From positions 1 through 63,042 of the IMG/VR virus record IMGVR_UViG_3300043410_000495: a DNA stretch of 63,042 bases, one strand, 5' to 3'. The notes under the pieces are model-generated. The model had not been told where the DNA came from. It searched no databases and was given only the letters and a program-made list of their open reading frames with translations. The stretch comes from a virus. Taxonomy: Duplodnaviria > Caudoviricetes. The translations under genes and the position numbers were made by a program. Below, piece by piece: positions 49,510 through 57,854 of this stretch (the first letter of the stretch is position 1; each line of letters starts with the position of its first letter).

Positions 49510-50117
49510 TGAGTTTAAACATAAATTATGGAGCAGTTGCGGCAGGTGGAGTATCTGCCGCTGCAGCGGGTGGTGGTGGAAGTGGTGCTTTAACCATTAC
49601 CAGCGCATCATCTAGTTCTACATATTTTTTGGCAATGCAACCATCAAGTACAGGAACAACTACTTCAGAATATGTTTATAGTACATTAACATTTGCTCCA
49701 TCCACTGGCACATTAAATGCAACTGCTTCTAGCGCAAAGTACGCTGACTTGGCAGAAAAATATGTATCAGATGCAGAATATGAACCAGGCACTGTTGTTA
49801 TATTTGGTGGTGATAAAGAAATTACTACTACCAATATACCCCATGATACACGTGTTGCTGGCGTAATTTCTACAAATCCAGCATATCTAATGAATGATGG
49901 AATTGATGGATTGCCAGTTGCGTTTACTGGAAGAGTTCCATGTAAAGTTCGTGGACCAGTTAACAAAGGTTCTTTATTAGTATCAAGTTCTATTGATGGT
50001 GTGGCAGAAATATTAAACGATAGTCAATATAGACCTGGTTGCGTAATTGGAAAAAGTTTAGAAGTAATTAATAATAATGATATAAAAACAATAGAAATTG
50101 TTGTTGGAAGATTCTAA
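49509..50117 (+). CDS. Short protein with peptidase-G2-like intramolecular chaperone domain
   Basis: KYADLAEKY...NPAYLMN...GRVPCKVRG; paralog of 24969-25592. Confidence 0.65.
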   Translation: MSLNINYGAVAAGGVSAAAAGGGGSGALTITSASSSSTYFLAMQPSSTGTTTSEYVYSTLTFAPSTGTLNATASSAKYADLAEKYVSDAEYEPGTVVIFGGDKEITTTNIPHDTRVAGVISTNPAYLMNDGIDGLPVAFTGRVPCKVRGPVNKGSLLVSSSIDGVAEILNDSQYRPGCVIGKSLEVINNNDIKTIEIVVGRF

Positions 50118-50878
50118 TGCAAAAAATTTCTAAAAAATACAGGTCTGATTACGATGGTGAAGATATAAATCTAATCGGAAAATATGAAAATTCTAATTGG
50201 AATTATACAACTGAATTTATTGACAAATCATCAGATCATAAACCATTAAACACCTATGCTGTTGTTATTGGTAATGGTGAATCTAGACTTGAATTTGATC
50301 TAACATATTTTCTTCCTTACAAAACAGGACCATTGGATACAAGTTGGCATAATCCAAAAGGTAGAAGAAATTTCTTTACATATGGATGCAATGCATTATA
50401 TAGAGATTTTTCACCAGATTTTTTAATAGCAACTGGTGAAGAAATTATTGAAGAAGTTGTTAAAAGTGGTTTTTGTGACACAAATATAGTATATGCAAAT
50501 AGTTGGGTATTACCAGAATATCCTGGTAAATTTCATTACATACCAGAAAATCCTAGTTATAATAGTGGAACACTTGCTGCATACATGGCTGCATTTGATG
50601 GACACAAAAAAGTATTTTTACTTGGTTTTGATGGTAATGATACTCCTAATGTAAATTGTAATGTGTACAACAATACAAATGGATATCCATCAAGAGATAA
50701 TTATACTCCAGAAGATTTTTGGGTTAATTCATTGAAGTTAGTAATGGATACTTACAACGATACTGAATTTGTCAGAGTCGCACCATATAATACTTTTAGA
50801 ACTCCAGAAGCATGGAAATATTGTCTTAATTTTAGAACAATTGATTTTAGACAATTTGTTTTTGAGGCTGATTTATAA
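50117..50878 (+). CDS. Putative glycosyltransferase-like (MAF/DUF115, sialyltransferase-type fold) enzyme
   Basis: AVVIGNGESR, TYGCNALYRDFSPDFLI, NSGTLAAYMA...GHKKVFLLGFD. Confidence 0.5.
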   Translation: MQKISKKYRSDYDGEDINLIGKYENSNWNYTTEFIDKSSDHKPLNTYAVVIGNGESRLEFDLTYFLPYKTGPLDTSWHNPKGRRNFFTYGCNALYRDFSPDFLIATGEEIIEEVVKSGFCDTNIVYANSWVLPEYPGKFHYIPENPSYNSGTLAAYMAAFDGHKKVFLLGFDGNDTPNVNCNVYNNTNGYPSRDNYTPEDFWVNSLKLVMDTYNDTEFVRVAPYNTFRTPEAWKYCLNFRTIDFRQFVFEADL

Positions 50879-51293
50879 CAGTTTCTACCGTTTTAATTTT
50901 ATCTATAACACTTTTAAAACTAAATGTTCTCCATACACCAGGATGTAATGGTTTTGGGTGATCGTTAATTCCAGTCCATGCATACCCACGATGTTCATCA
51001 TTTAGTTTTGGAACGAATTCATTTTCCACAATAATCAAATATGTATGGTATTCAAAGTTTTTATTTTCGGCAGTGAATTTTTCTAGGGGAATAATTTTTT
51101 CAAACGTTATTCCACCAATTTCTTCTATGATTTCTCTTTGTAATGCTTCGGATGGCATTTCATTTGATTCAACTCCACCACCAACTAAACCCCAACTACC
51201 AGCATGGCGTTTTTGATTGCGTAATAAAAAAAGATAACGTTTAGTTGATTTGCTGTAAATTAGCGCACCACACCCTATATTACTAGACTCCAA
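50847..51293 (-). CDS. NUDIX hydrolase
   Basis: Nudix box GGGVESNEMPSEALQREIIEEIG; TTG start overlaps the gp15 end. Confidence 0.88.
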   Translation of the reverse strand: MESSNIGCGALIYSKSTKRYLFLLRNQKRHAGSWGLVGGGVESNEMPSEALQREIIEEIGGITFEKIIPLEKFTAENKNFEYHTYLIIVENEFVPKLNDEHRGYAWTGINDHPKPLHPGVWRTFSFKSVIDKIKTVETVINQPQKQIV

Positions 51294-52648
51294 TCACCAC
51301 CTCTATAGACACCCTCAACACTCTTGACCCACTCTTGACCATTCCAACGATACTGTGCACCAGTATTTGTATTTGTTACATACTCATAGTTATCAATTTT
51401 TTCACTACTTGAAAAAGAAACAAACCATTGTGTACCATCATATTGAATGATGTCATTTGATTTTGCTACTAATCCACCCCATATTTCGCTGTGTTCTGTA
51501 TTGTTAATATTACCAATATTATCGGTGAGTAAGAATCTTGTGCCAGCAGAAGGAGATAATAAACTACTATCAACTGCCACATTGATTGGATTAATAATTG
51601 CATTTACTGCTGGTAAAGTATTTGATGGCATGGTGTCCATATTTGGATCAAATAACAATATACTAGGATCAGTTGGATGATATGCAATAGAACCAATCAA
51701 CTCAGTATCAGTGGGAAGAGCCAATCTAATTTCACTTTGACCTGTTACTAAAGTACCATACATTTCAATGACAGCCCTCCATGTTTCGGGAGGTGAAACT
51801 TTAATCAATGATCCATCTTCATTGGCAATTTCTTGTGGTTTTAATAGTCTTAGGTAATTGCCACTACGATCACTAGTATAATATACTCCGTAATTTAATG
51901 GTGTTGTTATTACTCTAGCAACTAAATTTTCTAGTACAGTGTCTTCACTTAGATTGCCTTGCTCATCATATATACTAGCAATAAATTTTTGAATAACACC
52001 AAGTCTTTTTACTTTCGCAGGAGCACTAATCCAAATAGGCATTTCAAATGTTAAACTGGCTATATCAATATTCTCAGAATCATTTGCTGGAATTACTCTT
52101 GATGACCATTGCATATCTGTTAGAATAATATAAGTTAAACTACTCCAATCTATGTAATTGTCAGTGCTTTGTATCTCTAAACTTGGATTGAACAGAGTTG
52201 CAATTTGTTCAATAATTTGCATTTTTTGTTCAGTATTACTAGTCCATATATCTAATTTTAAAGTTAATTTATATGGTACAGGCATCAAACGTTCAACTGT
52301 ATAACTATCACCTTGACTGCCACTATAAGTTCCAGTTTCTGGATCATATTGACGTTCACGTATATTCATTTTACTAACAAAATTTGGTTCTTGCATGCGT
52401 GATATATCATAATTTAATGCGTTGATATAAACTGCCATTGCAGGAACTGCATTTAATGTATTAGTACTATTATTTTTTAATATTGTAGCAGCCTGTCTAC
52501 TAGGATCACCATAGGTTACTGGTATTCTTTGTAGTGTTCTTGTACCATTTGAATCTTTACCAAATTCAACTTCAAAGTTACTTACTGCTCTCATGAATTG
52601 CACTAAGAATCTTCTTATTTGACCATCATAAAAAAATTGTTGAGCCAT
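51275..52648 (-). CDS. gp15: Tail terminator / sheath stabiliser (gp15-like) with C-terminal extension
   Basis: FFYDGQIRRFL..F, IPVTYGDP, MPVPYKL...L.IW...QIIEQI..LFNP. Confidence 0.75.
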   Translation of the reverse strand: MAQQFFYDGQIRRFLVQFMRAVSNFEVEFGKDSNGTRTLQRIPVTYGDPSRQAATILKNNSTNTLNAVPAMAVYINALNYDISRMQEPNFVSKMNIRERQYDPETGTYSGSQGDSYTVERLMPVPYKLTLKLDIWTSNTEQKMQIIEQIATLFNPSLEIQSTDNYIDWSSLTYIILTDMQWSSRVIPANDSENIDIASLTFEMPIWISAPAKVKRLGVIQKFIASIYDEQGNLSEDTVLENLVARVITTPLNYGVYYTSDRSGNYLRLLKPQEIANEDGSLIKVSPPETWRAVIEMYGTLVTGQSEIRLALPTDTELIGSIAYHPTDPSILLFDPNMDTMPSNTLPAVNAIINPINVAVDSSLLSPSAGTRFLLTDNIGNINNTEHSEIWGGLVAKSNDIIQYDGTQWFVSFSSSEKIDNYEYVTNTNTGAQYRWNGQEWVKSVEGVYRGGDWSLVI

Positions 52649-54039
52649 TAGTTATCTGCCTTTGGACGTAATGCCTGTGATAAACTTTGACGAACTGTAA
52701 CATTACCACTATTATTGGTAAATGTATCTGTATTATTAATAAATCCACTACGTAAAGTTTTATTATCTGTGCCGGGTGTTAGCTGTGTTCTAACATTATC
52801 TTCAATCTTGACCCAACGACGACCATCCCAACGGAATAATCTATTTGGTAGATAATCAGTTCTTAATGCATAATCACCTACTTGTGGATTTAATGGGAAT
52901 GATATACCAGTTGCAACAGGTAATCCATTTGGTGTTGCTCCTGTTCCTGTTAGGTAACCATGAATAGTATCATCAGGTGATAGTACAGCAGCATCAGTTG
53001 ATAGATTACCATTGTCGGCAGTGATAGTTCCAGTATCTCCAGTAATTCCAAGTGGATCACCTGGATATTTTATTTCTGTATTAGTTTTTGGTTTTACATA
53101 AAATGAACTGATATCATATCCACTATATGGGACATTTTTTTCTGCTTCAGCAATAATAGCATCATTGACTTGTTGATATTTGTTAATGATACTAGTAACT
53201 GATCCTAGTGATATATTGCCATTTGTTGGATCATAATCTGGTGCATCTACTTTTATTTGATCTAGAATATCTTTGTATTCTTGGCTATCAGTTAATGGAT
53301 TTAATTTAACTTTCCATAAATGCGGCCACCAAGTTGGACTAAAACCTTCAGACGCATTTAAACAATCACTGACTACATAAAATCTTTTCAGAGCAACAGG
53401 CAAAGTATCATCCAGTGGATAATAATCTTTCAAATGCATAAACTCTATAACATCACCTGACATGATTTTGCGACCAATTGAATCTATCATATCATTGATG
53501 TGAAATACCATAAACAATGTGCCAGTTTGTAAGAATAAACCAAATTGACTTAAATCAAATGCTGCATCTGATGTCTGATAATGACCACGTAACTTATATA
53601 CGCTAGTATCATATTTTCTATCACGATTTTCTAAAAATAATAAATCTTGTATATTCAGTGCACTTTGGTTTAGATAACTAGGTTGTGAAGCATTATCATA
53701 AAATGACACAGATGTATTACTGGTAATTGGGCTAGTTGTGGGAGCATTTAAAGTAATTGTTGTCGCTGTTTTTGCTGATACAATAGCCCCTGTTGGAACC
53801 CCTGTTCCAACCACATACATCCCTAAACTAATATCTGTAGTACTTGGAAAAGTTAATGTATTACCAACTACAGATTGGGAAGTACTGGTTTTTAATACCG
53901 TGTTTTGCTCATTTGTTCCCAAATATTTGTGTAAAAGAATGCCCACCCCACCGACAGTGAACATTTCGCTGATACGGCGATCTATAAATTTATAATCGTT
54001 GGTGTGTTGACCGTCTTTCCAAAGTGATAATCTTGGCAC
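52648..54039 (-). CDS. gp14: Neck protein (gp14-like)
   Basis: IQDLLFLENRDRKYD, DLSQFGLFL, GRKIMSGDVIE; position between gp13 and gp15; GTG start, late box on minus strand at 54060-54067. Confidence 0.65.
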   Translation of the reverse strand: MPRLSLWKDGQHTNDYKFIDRRISEMFTVGGVGILLHKYLGTNEQNTVLKTSTSQSVVGNTLTFPSTTDISLGMYVVGTGVPTGAIVSAKTATTITLNAPTTSPITSNTSVSFYDNASQPSYLNQSALNIQDLLFLENRDRKYDTSVYKLRGHYQTSDAAFDLSQFGLFLQTGTLFMVFHINDMIDSIGRKIMSGDVIEFMHLKDYYPLDDTLPVALKRFYVVSDCLNASEGFSPTWWPHLWKVKLNPLTDSQEYKDILDQIKVDAPDYDPTNGNISLGSVTSIINKYQQVNDAIIAEAEKNVPYSGYDISSFYVKPKTNTEIKYPGDPLGITGDTGTITADNGNLSTDAAVLSPDDTIHGYLTGTGATPNGLPVATGISFPLNPQVGDYALRTDYLPNRLFRWDGRRWVKIEDNVRTQLTPGTDNKTLRSGFINNTDTFTNNSGNVTVRQSLSQALRPKADN

Positions 54040-54078
54040 AATATTAATCCTTTATCCTATATTTAGCCCTACCCTGAA

Positions 54079-54183
54079 TTGACCAAAAATCAGTAAAATC
54101 GTATAATTACGATTGTTGGAATAACTGTTTTATTAATGACAACACCTTTTTTCTTGACAAGTAATAAAATTACTGGTTAGAAT
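54079..54183 (+). promoter_or_regulatory. Two tandem sigma70-type promoters
   Basis: TTGACC-N17-TATAAT (54079-54107) and TTGACA-N18-TAGAAT (54154-54183). Confidence 0.75.
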
Positions 54184-54208
54184 TCGTCATCATTTTCAAG
54201 GAACTAAA

Positions 54209-55360
54209 ATGGCACGTACAGCAAATAGTGTAAAAGCACCTAAAAAAACGTCAACAAAGCGTGATCCGCTTTTTAATGATGAAAAACATACTGGTAGGGA
54301 ACCTGTTTGGGATACTGAACGTGCCCTAACAATGTCACAGGATGAGTTTGACCATCACCTGCGTCGTAGTTTCTATTATTACAACTATTATTACACTCAA
54401 AAAGATGTAAAAAAACATGTTGTAAAATGGATGCAAGATAAAGGTTTTGGTAAACAAGATGTCAGCAAATTCATTCGTAGCCCTGATCGTGCAATTCCAA
54501 TGACTGCATGTAGCCTAGTCATGGCTGCACGTCAAGGTATGCCTATTCGTGAGCGTGAACTTGCCTATCTTAAAAAACAAATTAGTAATGTGCTGGAATC
54601 AGAAGTTGCAGAAGAAGAAGTTGTGTCTGTCACGGTTGATGCACCAAAAGTTACTATTCAAGATCGCCTAAATGAAAAAACCAGTATGACTATTGGCGAA
54701 CTTGAAGGATATTATGACGAACTACAGGAGATTAAATTCTATGACTTTTTTGTGGCACAAAATGTTCCACAGGCACAATTGGGTAAAATTGAAAAAGTGT
54801 TCGTTGACCGTCGCACTGAATTAGAATTAGCTCATACTAAACAAGATGAACAACTTGTTGAAGCTTACAAACATTATAAATCTACAGATTTTAAAAAGCA
54901 TTTTGCGTGGATTGGCGGTTTGATTGAAGCAATAGATCAATATCGTGGTGTTAAAAAAGCGACAAAGAAAGCAAGAGTTAAGCGCCCTCACAGTAAAGAA
55001 AAATTGATTGCTAAACTAAAATATATGAAAGAAGATGCCACACTAAAGTTGGTATCTATCAATCCAGTGGATATTATTGGTGCACAAGAACTGTGGGTTT
55101 ATAATACCAAAACACGTAAGTTGTTTAAGTATGTTGCTGATAGTGTAACTGGTCCTCTTGCTATCAAAGGAACCAGTATTATTTGTTTTGATACTACAAA
55201 ATCGGTTGGCAAAACTCTACGTAAGCCAGATGAAAAGTTGAAAGAGTTTGGTAAGGCTGGTAAAGTTGCTTTAAGAACATTTCTGTCAGATATTAAAGCA
55301 ACCGAAACACTGGCAAATGGTAGAATTAATGAGGATACAATTTTGTTGCGTGTGGCTTAA
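54209..55360 (+). CDS. Hypothetical protein (basic, probably early-expressed)
   Basis: 383-aa ORF with SD AAGGA and sigma70 promoters; K-rich; no function recognised. Confidence 0.7.
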   Translation: MARTANSVKAPKKTSTKRDPLFNDEKHTGREPVWDTERALTMSQDEFDHHLRRSFYYYNYYYTQKDVKKHVVKWMQDKGFGKQDVSKFIRSPDRAIPMTACSLVMAARQGMPIRERELAYLKKQISNVLESEVAEEEVVSVTVDAPKVTIQDRLNEKTSMTIGELEGYYDELQEIKFYDFFVAQNVPQAQLGKIEKVFVDRRTELELAHTKQDEQLVEAYKHYKSTDFKKHFAWIGGLIEAIDQYRGVKKATKKARVKRPHSKEKLIAKLKYMKEDATLKLVSINPVDIIGAQELWVYNTKTRKLFKYVADSVTGPLAIKGTSIICFDTTKSVGKTLRKPDEKLKEFGKAGKVALRTFLSDIKATETLANGRINEDTILLRVA

Positions 55361-55764
55361 ACACCATATTTGTTTTTCTTTGGTTTAGCTACGATGCTGG
55401 TCTTATTAACGCTTGGAATTTCTTCTGAGCGTTTATTTGACCATTTTTGTGCTCTCCCTGCACCCACTTGTTCTGCAGCAGCATTTACCATTTCTTGTTC
55501 TACGTCAGTATATGTGCTTATCAATGGATCACCACCGATCCATGTGTCGGCTTCCATTTTAGTTGGATAATCGGGTGCACCTGCTAGTGCAATGCCCATG
55601 CGATAATTCATATATGCACTACCAGTGCTTTGATTTAAATTAGGATGGGTTTGTGCATTTTGTATTGCTGCTTTGGCTTCATCACCAATCGGCTGCGTTC
55701 CACCCTTTGCATAAGTACCATTTGCAGTCATCGTGCCTTCGTTAATAATTTCATTAATTTTCAT
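55357..55764 (-). CDS. Hypothetical protein, possible internal head protein
   Basis: Start moved to ATG 55764 (MKINEIINEG), directly after the gp13 stop. Confidence 0.55.
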   Translation of the reverse strand: MKINEIINEGTMTANGTYAKGGTQPIGDEAKAAIQNAQTHPNLNQSTGSAYMNYRMGIALAGAPDYPTKMEADTWIGGDPLISTYTDVEQEMVNAAAEQVGAGRAQKWSNKRSEEIPSVNKTSIVAKPKKNKYGV

Positions 55765-55765
55765 A

Positions 55766-56698
55766 TTATCCAATTACCCATGTCAATGGCATAGAACCAT
55801 CTACATAATCTTTTAATTCTTGTTCTAATTTATCCATTTCTGCTTGTGCTTCTGCTTTAAGACTAGCACCATTTAATTGTGTACCTCCTTGTGGTCCAGC
55901 AATCGTTGCAAATTTTTCACGTGCTTCACCTAGAATACGTTTAGCAAAACTGTATGCATATTCTTGTATCCATGGGAATGCCTGATAGTCATTTAATAAC
56001 ATACTATCTGGTTTGTAGTTATATAAATGTAACAAACAATCTTCAAATTGGTCTTCATTTATATTAGCACCACCATAAGGTATTTTACGAATTAAAGTTA
56101 ATTTTTTGGTTATTTTATTAAAAGTAAAATTTAAATGCCCACCAAACATACGCATTGCTAATTTTTGGTAATCCACAAATAATTCATAATTTAGTAGTCC
56201 ACCAACACGACCAGCAACTAACATATAAGTGTTTAAATAACCAGAACTGAATGGTTCAAATTGACTAGCAGTAGTACCAGTTACTGAACCAATACCACGA
56301 CGATATGCCCCACGAACATCCATGACCACATTTGGTAAAATGTATTCTTGTGTTTCTGGTTTTAGCTTTAAAAATGCATAACTTTCTTCTTGACTATTTG
56401 AGGCACGTTGGCGATATTTAATCAAAGACTGATTAATAGCCATTTCATAATGTTCTTTGTCTAATTCTACATCAACCAATCCATCACCCAAACGCATGCG
56501 AATATAATCTATAATTTCTGAACGTTTTTGGTGTAGTGTTTCTAATTCTGGCGATTTAACAACATCTTGTAAATTATTATCTGGATCATAGACAATATGA
56601 CCACTTCCAGACTGTGTGCCAGTGGCTGAATTGTATAGGGAGTCAGTTATTAAAACTCCATTTGCGTAAAAATTAGATGAATCTGGTGTGAGTGCCAT
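55766..56698 (-). CDS. gp13: Neck protein (gp13-like head-tail adaptor)
   Basis: IIDYIRMRLGDGLVDVELD, WIQEYAYS..K..LGEAREKF..IAGPQGGTQLNG..LK.EA..E; late box on minus strand at 56717-56724 favours ATG 56698. Confidence 0.85.
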   Translation of the reverse strand: MALTPDSSNFYANGVLITDSLYNSATGTQSGSGHIVYDPDNNLQDVVKSPELETLHQKRSEIIDYIRMRLGDGLVDVELDKEHYEMAINQSLIKYRQRASNSQEESYAFLKLKPETQEYILPNVVMDVRGAYRRGIGSVTGTTASQFEPFSSGYLNTYMLVAGRVGGLLNYELFVDYQKLAMRMFGGHLNFTFNKITKKLTLIRKIPYGGANINEDQFEDCLLHLYNYKPDSMLLNDYQAFPWIQEYAYSFAKRILGEAREKFATIAGPQGGTQLNGASLKAEAQAEMDKLEQELKDYVDGSMPLTWVIG

Positions 56699-56728
56699 AG
56701 TTTTATTCCGATACAATATTTATTCATA

Positions 56729-56757
56729 TTGACAGGGTATTAACCATAGTGTAGAAT
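56729..56757 (+). promoter_or_regulatory. sigma70-type promoter for dNMP kinase
   Basis: TTGACA-N17-TAGAAT. Confidence 0.75.
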
Positions 56758-56775
56758 ATTGGCAAGGAGACAATT

Positions 56776-57435
56776 ATGATTATTGGTATAAGTGGATTCA
56801 TAGGTTCTGGTAAAGACACAGCAGCAAACTACTTGGTTGGGTGGCATGGATTTAGAAGAGATAGTTTTGCTGGAGCACTAAAAGATGCTGTTGCAACTGT
56901 TTTTGGGTGGGACAGAGAACTTTTAGAAGGACTCACTCCTGAATCTAGACAGTGGCGAGATCAGGTTGATCAATGGTGGGCAAAACGCCTCAATATACCA
57001 CATTTAACTCCAAGGTGGATTCTTCAATATTGGGGAACTGAAGTTTGTCGTGGTGGATTCCACGATGATATTTGGATTGCTGCCCTAGAAAACAGACTTC
57101 GTAGCAGGTCTGGAGATACTGTTATTACTGATGTCCGATTTCCCAATGAAATTAAAACTATCCGAAATGCTGGAGGTGTAGTTGTTTGGATTAAACGTGG
57201 GGAATTGCCAGAATGGTATAATGATGCTCTTCGTGAAAATACAACACCCGAAGATCAGCAATGGCTATTAGAGGACGCACATCAACTTATGCCACAAAAA
57301 TGGCCCAAAGTGCATGCCAGTGAATATAGTTGGGTTGGCACATTCTTTAATGCCGAAATTGATAATAATGGCACTGTTGATCAATTACATGAACAGCTTA
57401 AAAATCTGCTACTAAGTCAGCGGGTTTCCAAGTAA
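56776..57435 (+). CDS. gp1: Deoxynucleoside monophosphate kinase
   Basis: IIGISGFIGSGKDT P-loop, SFAGALKD, TPRWILQYWGTE, VITDVRFPNE, HASE. Confidence 0.92.
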   Translation: MIIGISGFIGSGKDTAANYLVGWHGFRRDSFAGALKDAVATVFGWDRELLEGLTPESRQWRDQVDQWWAKRLNIPHLTPRWILQYWGTEVCRGGFHDDIWIAALENRLRSRSGDTVITDVRFPNEIKTIRNAGGVVVWIKRGELPEWYNDALRENTTPEDQQWLLEDAHQLMPQKWPKVHASEYSWVGTFFNAEIDNNGTVDQLHEQLKNLLLSQRVSK

Positions 57436-57754
57436 TTTTAGAATCTTGGATGACAGCTTGGCAATTAAGACAAATTGTTTTTAAATTTGTCCAATCATTG
57501 TTTTTTAGGTTACCATCCACGTAATATACTTTCATTTGTGTTTTAATATTTGTAGCAGTAAATCCACACCTATCACATTTCTGTTTCATTTTATACCCAG
57601 CTTTGACCCATAATGGTGGGGGTGGTTTTGCAGTTTTTCCAGCCCTGCGGCACACATCACACATTTTCCTGTAGTATACTTGATTGTTAAAGTATCTATT
57701 AATTGCAACTTTTCTATTCTTACAAATAGGACAAATTGGTCTAAATTTAGTCAT
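57398..57754 (-). CDS. Zn-finger protein with degenerate HNH-like domain
   Basis: CPIC...CDVC, CDRCGF...VYYVDGNLKNNDWTNLKTICLNC. Confidence 0.65.
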   Translation of the reverse strand: MTKFRPICPICKNRKVAINRYFNNQVYYRKMCDVCRRAGKTAKPPPPLWVKAGYKMKQKCDRCGFTATNIKTQMKVYYVDGNLKNNDWTNLKTICLNCQAVIQDSKITWKPADLVADF

Positions 57755-57770
57755 GTCAATATTTATGATT

Positions 57771-57788
57771 TGCCCTTAATTAAGGGCA
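57771..57788. repeat. Perfect 18-bp palindrome between divergent late promoters
   Basis: TGCCCTTAATTAAGGGCA; late boxes at 57760-57767 (-) and 57817-57824 (+). Confidence 0.8.
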
Positions 57789-57854
57789 TTGAATCACATA
57801 TAAAAAGGGCCTTTTTAATAAATATTAGAAATTGTTTTAATAAAGGAAAACAAA

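Noticed and set aside
57398-57754. Mobile HNH homing endonuclease
   Set aside because: Catalytic histidines appear to be replaced; treated as a degenerate Zn-finger protein rather than a mobile element
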